From positions 92,409-156,408 of the forward strand of contig CAWHAA010000006.1 of assembly GCA_963827275.1 (NCBI GenBank): DNA of 64,000 nt, read 5' to 3'. Shown piece by piece: positions 55,418 to 64,000 of this stretch. Under the pieces are notes generated by a model. That model saw only the letters and a program-made list of their open reading frames with translations. It did no database searches and was not told where the DNA came from. Both the position numbers and the translations under genes were made by a program. This DNA comes from an uncultured Spirochaetota bacterium (GTDB taxonomy: Bacteria > Spirochaetota > UBA4802 > UBA5550). Each line of letters starts with the position of its first letter. The stretch's first letter is position 1.

Positions 55418-55942
55418 TTACTGTGTTGTTATGCTGTTGAATGTAATCGTTACGTCGTACGTGTTGCGGCCCTTGATCGTCTGGTTGATCCGGAGATAGC
55501 TGATTTTTGTCAGCAGGCCGGAATTTTCCATCTTGTATATGAAATTGAGGATGGAGTTTATATCAACCCCTTCGAACCGCACATCCGCAGACACTTTCTT
55601 GAACTTTCCCTGCGTTATCGTGGGCCGGTCCCTGGTGTAGGTCTTGTTCTTTATGATGTTGAGGCTCTGGGCGTTTTCCTCTATGATCGACGTGAGCCCC
55701 CGCGTGCTGCCGGTCTGCGCGTTGAACTGGGACATCTTGTCGCGGATTTCACGGTACTGTTCGTGGATCTTGTCGAGCTGGTTCAGCTTCGACATGTTCG
55801 ACTCGAATTCAGTATTGATGCTGTTCCTGAGGCTCAGGATGGGCGATATGACGAGGAAATAGAGCACCAGCACCCCCGCAACGGCGGCCAGTATCTGGAG
55901 GAGAAGTTTTTCACGCTTGTTGAGTTCTATCATGCCGGCCAC
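55418..55942 (-). CDS. gspM: type II secretion system protein M (PilO-like)
   Basis: 174 aa. N-terminal TM (LLLQILAAVAGVLVLYFLVISPI), a coiled-coil and a periplasmic ferredoxin-like domain. Follows gspL directly. Confidence 0.6.
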   Translation of the reverse strand: MAGMIELNKREKLLLQILAAVAGVLVLYFLVISPILSLRNSINTEFESNMSKLNQLDKIHEQYREIRDKMSQFNAQTGSTRGLTSIIEENAQSLNIIKNKTYTRDRPTITQGKFKKVSADVRFEGVDINSILNFIYKMENSGLLTKISYLRINQTIKGRNTYDVTITFNSITTQ

Positions 55943-55943
55943 C

Positions 55944-57560
55944 TTATTCTTTTTTCGATACGGGCGCGGTCTTGTACTTGATTGTCATCGAGAACCTCAC
56001 CTCGTTCTGCCGCGAGTATTTAATGTTAAGGGTGACCGAATCGAATTTTTTGGTCTTGAGCAGGCTTTCCTTGAACGTGTCGATCGAGGAGCTGGCGCCG
56101 GCCGTGCCCTCGAACATAAGTATGGTCTCATTGTAAACGAGGTTGGTCAGCACAAAGTTGCTGTCATCGGGGAAGCTGGCGGTGACGTCCTTCAGGATGT
56201 CGAGGAACGAGGTGTTTTCAGGGACCAGCTTCGCTATCGTGTCGTATTCTTTTTTCTCTTTTTTGAGCAGCGCGCGCGCCTCCTCGATGGGATCACCGGC
56301 GGGCATGGCGCGGAAATAGCGGTTGTACTGCTCGGCAAGGACCTTGTTGTACTGGCTGTTCGAGCGCGCCGTCAGCAGGGCGGTCAGGATGAAGTATATC
56401 ACGAGCACCACCACGGAGAGCGCGGCGAAGCCGCCGGAGAGATAGTATATCTTGTTCGATTCTCCCGCAACGTCGGGGATAAATTCACCCTTGAGGAAAT
56501 TGATAGAGGAGCGGCGCCGCTTGATGTACGCGAGCATCGTGCCGAACGCGATCGGGAACTGCGTGCGGATGCTGCGCTCGGTATATTCGTCGAGGAAGGG
56601 AAGGGCGTCGACGGGAATATCGAGCTCCCGCGAGAGCAGCGAGCCGATGCCGGCAAGGCTGGAGCCGCCGCCGGAGATCAGCGCCCGGTTGAACACGATA
56701 TCGCCGCACTCGATCCGCATCGCCTTCATGGTGAGGATGACCTGCTCGGCCAGGGCGCCGGCGGTGTCCTGCGCGGCGTTGTATATTTTTTTAAGCTGCT
56801 GGCGCGAGAGACCGAGGGACTTGTAATGGTCACGCTGTACGTTGTTGTCGAAGGAGGTAAGGTCGATGTTCAGGTTCACGAACAGGCGCGCGGCCTCGGA
56901 TAATGGCAGCTTCGCGGTGCCGGCGATCGCTTTGATTATCGAGTCCATTCCGACGGAAATGGCGCGTGTATAGAGGAGGTGGTTGTCGGATATGAAGTTC
57001 AGGACCGTCTTGCTGTTGCCGATGTCAAGCTGGACGACCGCCTCGTTTTCAATCTTGTTGAAGTAGCGGTAGCATTCGAACAGCGCGTTGGATTCCATGC
57101 CCATCCTGACCGGCTTGATGGCGGCATCGTTCAGGACCGCGAGGAATTTTATGATGTTGCTCTTGAGGGCCGCCGCGAGAAGTATCCGGCCTTCTCCTTC
57201 ACGGTTGCTCCTCAATGACTGAAAATCGAGTTGGAGGTCGTCGAGCTTGAAGGGGATGTTCTCTTCCGCTTCGTACGGGATGGCATCGGCGATCTTTTCG
57301 ACGTCGCTGAAGGGGAAGGAAATCGTGCGGATGATCCCCGACTCCAGGGGGAGGTTGGTGATGACCCGGTAGCCGTCCAGGTCCTCCTCCGCGAGTATCT
57401 TGCGGATGGTTTCGGCGACGGCGGCCGGGCGATCCGGGTTGTCCGGATCGATCTCCTCGAAGTTGAACGATTTGAGCTGGAAATCGCGGAACCCCGTTTT
57501 CACGGTAACGAGTTTTATCGACGAGGACCCGATATCTATGGCGGCTATGTTCTCGAACAA
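55944..57560 (-). CDS. gspL: type II secretion system protein L (cytoplasmic actin-like PilM-type domain, TM, then periplasmic PilN-like domain)
   Basis: N-terminal actin-like phosphate motif AAIDIGSSSIKLV and second motif LISGGGSSLAGI. A TM segment LSGGFAALSVVVLVIYFILTALL is followed by a PilN-like C-terminus. Confidence 0.7.
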   Translation of the reverse strand: MFENIAAIDIGSSSIKLVTVKTGFRDFQLKSFNFEEIDPDNPDRPAAVAETIRKILAEEDLDGYRVITNLPLESGIIRTISFPFSDVEKIADAIPYEAEENIPFKLDDLQLDFQSLRSNREGEGRILLAAALKSNIIKFLAVLNDAAIKPVRMGMESNALFECYRYFNKIENEAVVQLDIGNSKTVLNFISDNHLLYTRAISVGMDSIIKAIAGTAKLPLSEAARLFVNLNIDLTSFDNNVQRDHYKSLGLSRQQLKKIYNAAQDTAGALAEQVILTMKAMRIECGDIVFNRALISGGGSSLAGIGSLLSRELDIPVDALPFLDEYTERSIRTQFPIAFGTMLAYIKRRRSSINFLKGEFIPDVAGESNKIYYLSGGFAALSVVVLVIYFILTALLTARSNSQYNKVLAEQYNRYFRAMPAGDPIEEARALLKKEKKEYDTIAKLVPENTSFLDILKDVTASFPDDSNFVLTNLVYNETILMFEGTAGASSSIDTFKESLLKTKKFDSVTLNIKYSRQNEVRFSMTIKYKTAPVSKKE

Positions 57561-57578
57561 AGTAGTCTCCCCGGAACG

Positions 57579-58793
57579 TTATTCTTCACACCAGTAGTAC
57601 ATTGCCCGCATGCCGCGGTTATAGACCGCGGTTATTTTTACACGAACATCCTCAACGGTGGCGGTCGCTACGATCCTGAACACGGAGGATTTCACCGACA
57701 GCCGGTCGAGTATGGTCTGGTCGGCGACAAGGTCCTTGATTTCTTCAACGGATTTATAGGGCTGCGCCTGCCTTCGGCGGATGATCTCAGTCACAATATC
57801 AGGTGTCATTTTATCTGTCAACGCAGATAATACCCTGTAGGAAGCCGTATTTATGTTTATCTTGTTCAGGTCGCTGGTATAATCGTTGCGGTCGCCGTAC
57901 ACGGTGAAATAGTCTGACAGCCGACGGCTCTTTTCCTTTCCGATCGTGGTACCTTCCCGTTCTGCCTCCGTCTTCGACGCCTTTTTAGCCGCTGCATCGC
58001 CGGCGAGCTCCTTGATCTTGTCAAGGTCAAGGTCGATGTTGCCCTTGTTGTGGTCCACGAGGTTCTGCTCGTTTTTTTCAGGCTCGCTATTCCCGCCTGC
58101 GAGGCCGTAATAGATGTCGGGGGTTATGTCCTTGATCAGCAGGAGCTCGTCGACGCTGTCCATCATGCTGTTTTTTGATGCGTAGGGCGGGGTCAGGGTC
58201 TGGTAGTAATCGGGCCCGTCGGCGCCATAGGGCATCCGCTGGTCGTCTATGTCCACCCAGTCATGGATAGCGTCGGCCAGGTCGAGGGGGAGGCCCATGT
58301 TCATGAAAAAGTTCTGCGTGAAGTAGTAAAATTTTGTGCGTTCGGTGAATTCGTTGGCGAGCACGCTCAGGTTTATTTTTGAGTTTTCGTCGATGATCTC
58401 GAGCTTCAGCGAACCGTCTTCCATCGGCAGTTGGGGCACGTTGATCGCCCAGATGTCGTTATAGGAATCGGTCTCCTTGTCTGTCGGCTTCCCGGTTATC
58501 ATTTCAGCGCCGAGGCCCTTGAGGTCTGCGTAGAGAATGAACTGGCAGAGCTGTATGCCCGATTTCGCGAGGTAGCCGGCCCGCAGCCTGTTTTTCAGCT
58601 GCTGGCCGTACCCGATGTTGGTGCGTGCGACGACGATAAAATCGCCGGCTATCGATATCAGCAGAGTGGTGATAATGAGCACGATGATGAGGACGTAGCC
58701 GGAGGAGCCGCGCAGGTATCCGAAGAGGCCATGCTCTTCAAGGAGGGCCCTCCTTTTTTCATAATTACTGATGAACGAGTCCAGCAGCGCCAT
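57579..58793 (-). CDS. gspK: type II secretion minor pseudopilin K
   Basis: 404 aa. N-terminal hydrophobic helix GYVLIIVLIITTLLISIAG. A large periplasmic domain with helix-hairpin-helix-like ININTASYRVL typical of GspK. Confidence 0.7.
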   Translation of the reverse strand: MALLDSFISNYEKRRALLEEHGLFGYLRGSSGYVLIIVLIITTLLISIAGDFIVVARTNIGYGQQLKNRLRAGYLAKSGIQLCQFILYADLKGLGAEMITGKPTDKETDSYNDIWAINVPQLPMEDGSLKLEIIDENSKINLSVLANEFTERTKFYYFTQNFFMNMGLPLDLADAIHDWVDIDDQRMPYGADGPDYYQTLTPPYASKNSMMDSVDELLLIKDITPDIYYGLAGGNSEPEKNEQNLVDHNKGNIDLDLDKIKELAGDAAAKKASKTEAEREGTTIGKEKSRRLSDYFTVYGDRNDYTSDLNKININTASYRVLSALTDKMTPDIVTEIIRRRQAQPYKSVEEIKDLVADQTILDRLSVKSSVFRIVATATVEDVRVKITAVYNRGMRAMYYWCEE

Positions 58794-58794
58794 G

Positions 58795-59496
58795 TTACCG
58801 GTATTCCTTGATGTTCATCAGTGTCGTGAATATGAATTTTTCCTCTTCGGCCTGGTAGTTTTTGACCACTAACGTGGTTTTAACCGATTTGGGAAAGAGA
58901 TTGTTCTGGCGCGAGTCCCAGCTGTCCTCCCAGTCGTTGCCCTTCTGGAACTCGAACCTGAGGCTCACCACGTTCGGAAGTAGCATGCTCTCCTCTCCGC
59001 TGGTGGTCGGGTCCTCCTCCCAGTAGTTGAATTTTTCGCTCTTGATCAGGTGGAAGAGGCCCTGGGTGTTTTTCGCCTCGCGGAGGTAATAGCCGATGCC
59101 CCGGATGTCGCTCATGCGGACCGGCGTGCTGCTCGACCCGGAGAGGATCATGTCATTGTGCATCACGGCGGTGAAATCGAGCCTGCTGTTTCCCCGGTCG
59201 CTTTCGCAGACAAAGTTGATCTTTTTGTTCGCCTTCGTATAGTAGGTGTTGGAAAGGTCCTGGTCTATCTTCATGATCGCCAGGTTTACGTTTTCGTAGA
59301 ATTCCGCGCGGCCGATGGAGCGCTTGATGGAATCGAAGATCGAGCGGTATGACGCGTACGCCATGAGGAGTATGATGGACGCGATCGACGTCGCGACAAG
59401 GATCTCGATCAGGGTGAAGCCCTCATTGTCCGTATGCGGCCTGCGGGCCCTTCCTGCGGTTTGTATGGCTCTGTAAAGTAACGCACTCATTATCAT
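58795..59496 (-). CDS. gspJ: type II secretion minor pseudopilin J
   Basis: Prepilin N-methylation motif GFTLIEILVATSIASIILL. The start is set at MIMSALL immediately after the gspI stop, because the listed 59610 start overlaps gspI. The leader before G-FTLIE is 24 aa. Confidence 0.6.
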   Translation of the reverse strand: MIMSALLYRAIQTAGRARRPHTDNEGFTLIEILVATSIASIILLMAYASYRSIFDSIKRSIGRAEFYENVNLAIMKIDQDLSNTYYTKANKKINFVCESDRGNSRLDFTAVMHNDMILSGSSSTPVRMSDIRGIGYYLREAKNTQGLFHLIKSEKFNYWEEDPTTSGEESMLLPNVVSLRFEFQKGNDWEDSWDSRQNNLFPKSVKTTLVVKNYQAEEEKFIFTTLMNIKEYR

Positions 59497-59900
59497 TGCG
59501 CCTGGTAAATGTATGATATCTTGTAGGAGCGATTTTTGCCCCGTTCCTTCCATGTGACGATGATACTGGTACTGTTGGCGGGCAGCGGGCCCAGGAGGGG
59601 GTGCTCCCATCGCTTTGTTTCCCTTGTAACGGAAAATCCGGGAAGGCCCTTGACCGCCTCGTCCTTGAGGTCGGTGCCCCGGTAGTTTTTTAGGATAAAC
59701 TCGTTCATCCTGGTCCGGGCGACCAGCATCGCCTGGGTGTAGTTCTTCATACCGGATATGACATAGACGCTCGACGACACGCCCGAGATGACGCTCAGGA
59801 GCACCGTCGAAAGAATGGCAAGCGCTATCAGGATCTCGACAAGGACAAATCCTTTCATGCCGGCGGAGTGTCTGTTATTCTTCATTATCGAACGTCTCAT
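59493..59900 (-). CDS. gspI: type II secretion minor pseudopilin I
   Basis: 135 aa. KGFVLVEILIALAILSTVLLSVI prepilin-type N-terminal domain. Typical GspI size. Confidence 0.7.
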   Translation of the reverse strand: MRRSIMKNNRHSAGMKGFVLVEILIALAILSTVLLSVISGVSSSVYVISGMKNYTQAMLVARTRMNEFILKNYRGTDLKDEAVKGLPGFSVTRETKRWEHPLLGPLPANSTSIIVTWKERGKNRSYKISYIYQAQ

Positions 59901-60489
59901 ACCCCCGTATGACCTTCGGCTCCTTGATGTGCTTGTTTATCTTTATCGACCATTTCTGGTCACCGTTCACCGTGACATGGATGATGCAATTGCTCGAGTA
60001 TCCCCCGGGGTAGAAGGATATGTATGCGCGGCCATCGGTCACTTTTTCCCCGGTCGACCAGAGGACGTCATCTATCAAAAACGAATCGCCGAATTCTTTG
60101 AACTGGAGGGACTTGCGCGTGCTGTCAACGAATTCGCCATCGACATAGTTGAGGACCGCGACGCCGTTTTTGCGGTTGAACACGTCCTTCACCGGCCCCG
60201 TGTCCCCGGCATCGGCACCGGGACTGCTCAGGTACACGGTGAAAAAGTCAGTCCGGTGCCTTAAAAAGGCGTCATCGAAGGTCATGGCGAGCATCCCGGT
60301 GACTATGGCGAACTTGTCCTGCTGGGTGCCGATCACGCGCCCGACCCGTGGGATGGCGATCATGAAGAGAAGAGATATGACCGATATGGCGACGATCAGC
60401 TCGATGAGGGTGAAGCCGCGGTCATCATGCCGGATCGCCCTGACTAACGCGGCGGGGAGCCCGGCGGCGCTGCGCGGTCTATTTTTCAT
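59875..60489 (-). CDS. gspH: type II secretion minor pseudopilin H
   Basis: 204 aa. RGFTLIELIVAISVISLLF prepilin motif. Position between gspG and gspI. Confidence 0.6.
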   Translation of the reverse strand: MKNRPRSAAGLPAALVRAIRHDDRGFTLIELIVAISVISLLFMIAIPRVGRVIGTQQDKFAIVTGMLAMTFDDAFLRHRTDFFTVYLSSPGADAGDTGPVKDVFNRKNGVAVLNYVDGEFVDSTRKSLQFKEFGDSFLIDDVLWSTGEKVTDGRAYISFYPGGYSSNCIIHVTVNGDQKWSIKINKHIKEPKVIRGYETFDNEE

Positions 60490-60925
60490 CCCAGCTTTTT
60501 ATGTCGGCGTTGAACCCTTCGCCGCCCTCTTGCTTGTCAGCGCCCATGCTCCAGATCTCGTACGAGTCGGGGTCGGATTCGCCGGGGAAGCGGTACTGGA
60601 ACGGAGAGCCCCAGGGGTCAGCCGGGAGCTTTTTCAGGTAGCCCTCGGTCACCAGCGCGTTCAGTCCTTCGTCCGAAGAGGGGTAGGAGCCCTTGTCGTT
60701 GTTGTATTCCATGAGCGGGATCTCGAAGCTCTTGATCCCCACCTTCGCCGCTTCGACCCTCGATTTGTTCCAGGACCTCATCAGGTTCGGCGCGATGACG
60801 AGCCCCGTCAGGAGGGCCATGATGCTCACGACGATCATGATCTCAATAAGGGTGAAGCCGGCGTTCGCGGCGAGCCGTGAGATGACCTGATCTATTCTCT
60901 CGCGTATTGATTTTCGGGCATTCAT
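60479..60925 (-). CDS. gspG: type II secretion major pseudopilin G
   Basis: 148 aa. GFTLIEIMIVVSIMALLTGLV plus the GspG-specific C-terminal core (KSFEIPLMEYNNDKGSYPSSDEGLNALV...ADPWGSPFQYR). Confidence 0.85.
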   Translation of the reverse strand: MNARKSIRERIDQVISRLAANAGFTLIEIMIVVSIMALLTGLVIAPNLMRSWNKSRVEAAKVGIKSFEIPLMEYNNDKGSYPSSDEGLNALVTEGYLKKLPADPWGSPFQYRFPGESDPDSYEIWSMGADKQEGGEGFNADIKSWDEK

Positions 60926-60988
60926 TTTTTTCTCCTTTACTCTACGGAATATATTCTCTGCATGTGTTACGCCGCCAGCGGCATTATT

Positions 60989-62239
60989 TCACTGCAGCAG
61001 CATGTTCATCTGCGTGATCGGCAGGATGACTGCCATTACGATCAGGCCTATGATGAGGCCCATCAGGATGATGATGATCGGCTCGAGCAGGCTGGTAAGG
61101 CTCGTCACGGTGAGGTCAAGCTCGGTCTCGTACACGGTGCCGATGTTGACGAGCATGCTGTCGAGGTTGTCGCTCGCTTCACCGGCGGATATCATTCCCA
61201 GCACGAGCTTGGGAAGAAATTCCGACTTGGCGAGCGCATTTGAAACCGTGGCGCCCTCCTTTATCCTGGCGGAAGCCTCCTCTATGCTCTTCTCGATAAT
61301 CACGTTCCCCACGATCTTTTTTACTATCTCGAATGATTTTATAATGTCCACCTTGTTGCTGAGGAGTATGCCCAGGTTCTGCGTGAAACGGTACACGATA
61401 AGACGCCGGTACAGGTTGCTGACGAGTGGCAGCTTCAGCTTTAATTCGTCGATTTTGCGCCTCCCCTCGGCCGATTTCGAGTACCTGCCGTACAGGTACA
61501 CGAGCAGGGCGAAGAGCAGGAGCGGGACGTACCAGAAATGCGAAAGGAAGTTGCTGACCGCCAGGACCGCGGTGGTGACGAACGGAAGGTCCTGTTTCTG
61601 TTCCTCGAACATGTTCGCCATGGCCGGTATGACACTGGTCATGAGGAACATCATCACCGCCATGGCGAAGAGCATCATGAACGCCGGGTACCAGAGCGCG
61701 GAGCGTATCTTGCTCGTCAGGATGTTCTGCTTCTCCTCGAGCTCGGCGAGCCGCGCGATGACCTGGTCGAGCGATCCGAGGTTTTCGCCGACACGCACCA
61801 TGCTGATGTACATCTCGGGGAAAATGCTCCTGTGCTGGGATAGCGCGTTGGAAAAGGACGAGCCCTGCTCGATCTTCTCCTTGACGTCGGCGATGACGTT
61901 CCTGAAATGCTTGTTGTCGATCTGCTCGACGATATCGGCGATGGCCACCGGGAGGGGCAGGCCCGCCCTGAGCAGGGTGGCGAGCTGGCGCGAAAAGATT
62001 CCGATCTGCTTGGTGCTGAGCTTGAGGCTTATTACGTCTGAAAGGCGCTGGAAGAGGGCCTTCATCGAGGTCTTGGCGGCATCGGCGGTTTCGGTGGTGG
62101 AGATCTCCTGCTTCTTGATCTTCGTCAGGTACATCCCCTGGCCGCGGATCTTCTGCCGCGCGCTCATCTCCGATGGGGCGTCAAGGTAGTCCGTGACGGT
62201 TTTCCCGGTCCTGTCAAGGGCCTGGTACTGAAAAATCAT
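60989..62239 (-). CDS. gspF: type II secretion inner-membrane platform protein F
   Basis: 416 aa. N-terminal MIFQYQALDRTGKTVTDYLDA cytoplasmic domain. Duplicated GspF/PilC domain with three TM helices. Confidence 0.9.
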   Translation of the reverse strand: MIFQYQALDRTGKTVTDYLDAPSEMSARQKIRGQGMYLTKIKKQEISTTETADAAKTSMKALFQRLSDVISLKLSTKQIGIFSRQLATLLRAGLPLPVAIADIVEQIDNKHFRNVIADVKEKIEQGSSFSNALSQHRSIFPEMYISMVRVGENLGSLDQVIARLAELEEKQNILTSKIRSALWYPAFMMLFAMAVMMFLMTSVIPAMANMFEEQKQDLPFVTTAVLAVSNFLSHFWYVPLLLFALLVYLYGRYSKSAEGRRKIDELKLKLPLVSNLYRRLIVYRFTQNLGILLSNKVDIIKSFEIVKKIVGNVIIEKSIEEASARIKEGATVSNALAKSEFLPKLVLGMISAGEASDNLDSMLVNIGTVYETELDLTVTSLTSLLEPIIIILMGLIIGLIVMAVILPITQMNMLLQ

Positions 62240-62261
62240 GAGGTGGCTCCCCGCCCTGGCG

Positions 62262-63962
62262 TCAGCATACCCGAAGGACTTCCTCTATTGTAGTCATCCC
62301 TTCAATTGATTTATCGATGCCGTCCTGAAGGAGGGTCTTCATTCCCTCCCTGATCGCGAATTCCTTGATAAGCTGGGCCTCGGCGTGCTCCATGATCATC
62401 TTGCGTACGCCGCTTGTCAGTACCAGGAGCTCAAATATGCCGTACCTGCCGGCATACCCGGTGTTCAGGCACTTTTCGCATCCCTTTCCCCGGAACAGCT
62501 TTCCCCCCTTCAGCTGTGACGGTTTTATCCCGAGGTCCGCCAGCACCTTGGGGGAGGGCTTGTACGGCTCCCTGCATGACGGGCATATCTTCCGGACAAG
62601 CCGCTGCGCCAGGTAGGCGTTCACCGACGAGGTTATCAGGAAGGGCTCGATGCCCATGTCGATGAGGCGCGTGATCCCGCTCGCGGCGTCGTTGGTGTGG
62701 AGCGTGGAGAAGACCCGGTGCCCGGTCAGGGCCGCCTGTACCGCTATCTCCGCCGTTTCATGGTCGCGGATTTCACCCACCATGACAATGTCGGGGTCCT
62801 GGCGAAGGATCGAGCGGAGCCCGCTCGCAAAGGTAAGGTTGATGGACGGTTTCACCTGCATCTGCCCTATGCCGGATATCTGGTATTCGATCGGGTCTTC
62901 AACCGTGAGGATGTTGACGTCGTCGCTGTTCAGCTTTGTCAGGACGCTGTAGAGCGTGGTCGACTTGCCGCTCCCGGTCGGGCCGGTGACCAGCACAATG
63001 CCGTAGGTCTTTTTAATTAATTTATCGAACTCGGCAAGGGTGTGCTCGTCAAAGCCGATGGCGGCGAGGTCGAAGCTCATGTCGGACTTGTTCAGTATCC
63101 GGAGGACAATCCGCTCCCCGTAGTAGGTCGGGAAGGTCGAGACGCGGATGTCGATGTCTTTGCCGGCGATCTTGAGCTGGATCCGGCCATCTTGAGGGAG
63201 GCGGTTCTCGGCGATGTTCAGGTTTGCCATGATCTTGATCCGGGATATGATCGCGCCCTGGTACCTTTTCGGGGGTGTGTACATGTTATAGAGTATGCCG
63301 TCTATCCTGAAGCGCACGGTAAGCTCCTTTTCAAAGGGCTCAACGTGTATGTCGCTCGCGCGGTCGGTCACCGCCTGCTTGATGAAGGTGTTTACGAGGC
63401 GGATAATGGGGGCCTCGTTGGCCATGTCCATGATGTCTTCGGTCTCGGATATCGAGGAGGTGAGGATCTCGAAATCGGATTCCTCGAGGTCTTCTATGAC
63501 ATCGTCGGTGGATTCGGTCTTCAGCACGTTGTAATGGAGGCTGATGATGCGCTGCACCTCGTCATCCGTGGTCAGCACCGCGACAAAATCGTATTCAGGG
63601 AAGAGCATCTTCAGGTCGTCAAGGGGCTGTATGTTCAGGACGTCGACGATGCCCACCTGGATGGTGCTTCCCTTTTTCCTGAAGGGGACCATCTTGTTCT
63701 TTCTCAGGAAGTGCACCGGGATGTTCGCGAAGAGGTTCTCAGTGTCGATGAAGTCGATGTGCGGCATGAAGGTCATGTCGTATTGCTCGGCAAGGCAGGC
63801 CAGGACGTCCTCTTCAGCGGCGGCCCCTTTCTTTATCAGCAGCTGCCCCAGGCGGAGCGGGGTGCTCTTCTGCGCCAGGAGCGCCTCCTGGAGCTCTTCC
63901 TGGGTGATGCATTTCCGGTCAACGAGGATCTCGCCGATGTATTTTGCCTTGATCTTCGGCAT
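62262..63962 (-). CDS. gspE: type II secretion ATPase E
   Basis: 566 aa. N1 domain. Walker A GPTGSGKSTTLYS. Asp and His boxes. Tetracysteine CPSC...CEKC zinc motif. 22 nt upstream of gspF. Confidence 0.9.
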   Translation of the reverse strand: MPKIKAKYIGEILVDRKCITQEELQEALLAQKSTPLRLGQLLIKKGAAAEEDVLACLAEQYDMTFMPHIDFIDTENLFANIPVHFLRKNKMVPFRKKGSTIQVGIVDVLNIQPLDDLKMLFPEYDFVAVLTTDDEVQRIISLHYNVLKTESTDDVIEDLEESDFEILTSSISETEDIMDMANEAPIIRLVNTFIKQAVTDRASDIHVEPFEKELTVRFRIDGILYNMYTPPKRYQGAIISRIKIMANLNIAENRLPQDGRIQLKIAGKDIDIRVSTFPTYYGERIVLRILNKSDMSFDLAAIGFDEHTLAEFDKLIKKTYGIVLVTGPTGSGKSTTLYSVLTKLNSDDVNILTVEDPIEYQISGIGQMQVKPSINLTFASGLRSILRQDPDIVMVGEIRDHETAEIAVQAALTGHRVFSTLHTNDAASGITRLIDMGIEPFLITSSVNAYLAQRLVRKICPSCREPYKPSPKVLADLGIKPSQLKGGKLFRGKGCEKCLNTGYAGRYGIFELLVLTSGVRKMIMEHAEAQLIKEFAIREGMKTLLQDGIDKSIEGMTTIEEVLRVC

Positions 63963-64000
63963 GCCTATTTTTTCCTGAGCCTTCTCATGGTTTCCATCTT

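Noticed and set aside
1-64000. A search for CRISPR arrays, tandem repeats, IS elements, transposases, integrases, tRNA or rRNA genes.
   Set aside because: I found no regularly spaced direct repeats, no DDE transposase or tyrosine-recombinase motifs, and no cloverleaf-like or rRNA-like segments in any intergenic region. The AT-rich spacers (15.6 kb, 26.4 kb, 39.3 kb) lack terminal inverted repeats or target-site duplications.

Overview
This is a high-GC (about 60%) bacterial chromosomal window. It is densely coding, almost all on the minus strand from 9.6 kb onward, with about 60 protein-coding genes. I found no rRNA or tRNA genes, no CRISPR array and no transposase or integrase. The gene content (rubrerythrin, desulfoferrodoxin, rubredoxin, flavodiiron protein, cytochrome bd, a PerR-like Fur regulator, a HesB-like gene with in-frame TGA) suggests an anaerobic or microaerotolerant deltaproteobacterium-like organism. 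That is an inference, not a database result.

The window has three neighbourhoods.

(i) 0–9 kb, redox and sulfur metabolism: a Ser/Thr kinase fragment, a J-domain protein, a CoA-disulfide-reductase/rhodanese fusion, an alpha/beta hydrolase, a PNPOx-like protein, an SDR epimerase, cysK–cysE, and an Nox/CoADR paralog.

(ii) 9.2–18.9 kb, a compact O2/ROS-defence island. It contains a HesB/IscA-like gene carrying an in-frame TGA that the ORF track could not report because of that TGA (candidate selenoprotein), then rbr, ftn, dfx, cydB, cydA, rubredoxin, a PerR-like regulator, a frameshifted flavodiiron protein, a pentahaem cytochrome c, bcp, an 8-oxoG glycosylase and a second rubrerythrin-like gene. 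Several promoters in the island carry a palindrome or half-sites of the form TTGTAAT / TTGTTAT.

(iii) Housekeeping genes and secretion: pepA, rnr, an acyl-CoA dehydrogenase, nnr, the dnaG–rpoD operon behind a 466-bp AT-rich spacer, a GpsA fused to an unknown C-terminal domain, folC, aroE, an IspH–UbiA-like prenyltransferase fusion, and a complete type II secretion cluster gspE-F-G-H-I-J-K-L-M-N at 54.5–64.0 kb. gspD is presumably just beyond the window.

Two genes show single-nucleotide frame problems next to short homopolymer runs (the flavodiiron protein and the 5' end of cysK). These may be sequencing artefacts.
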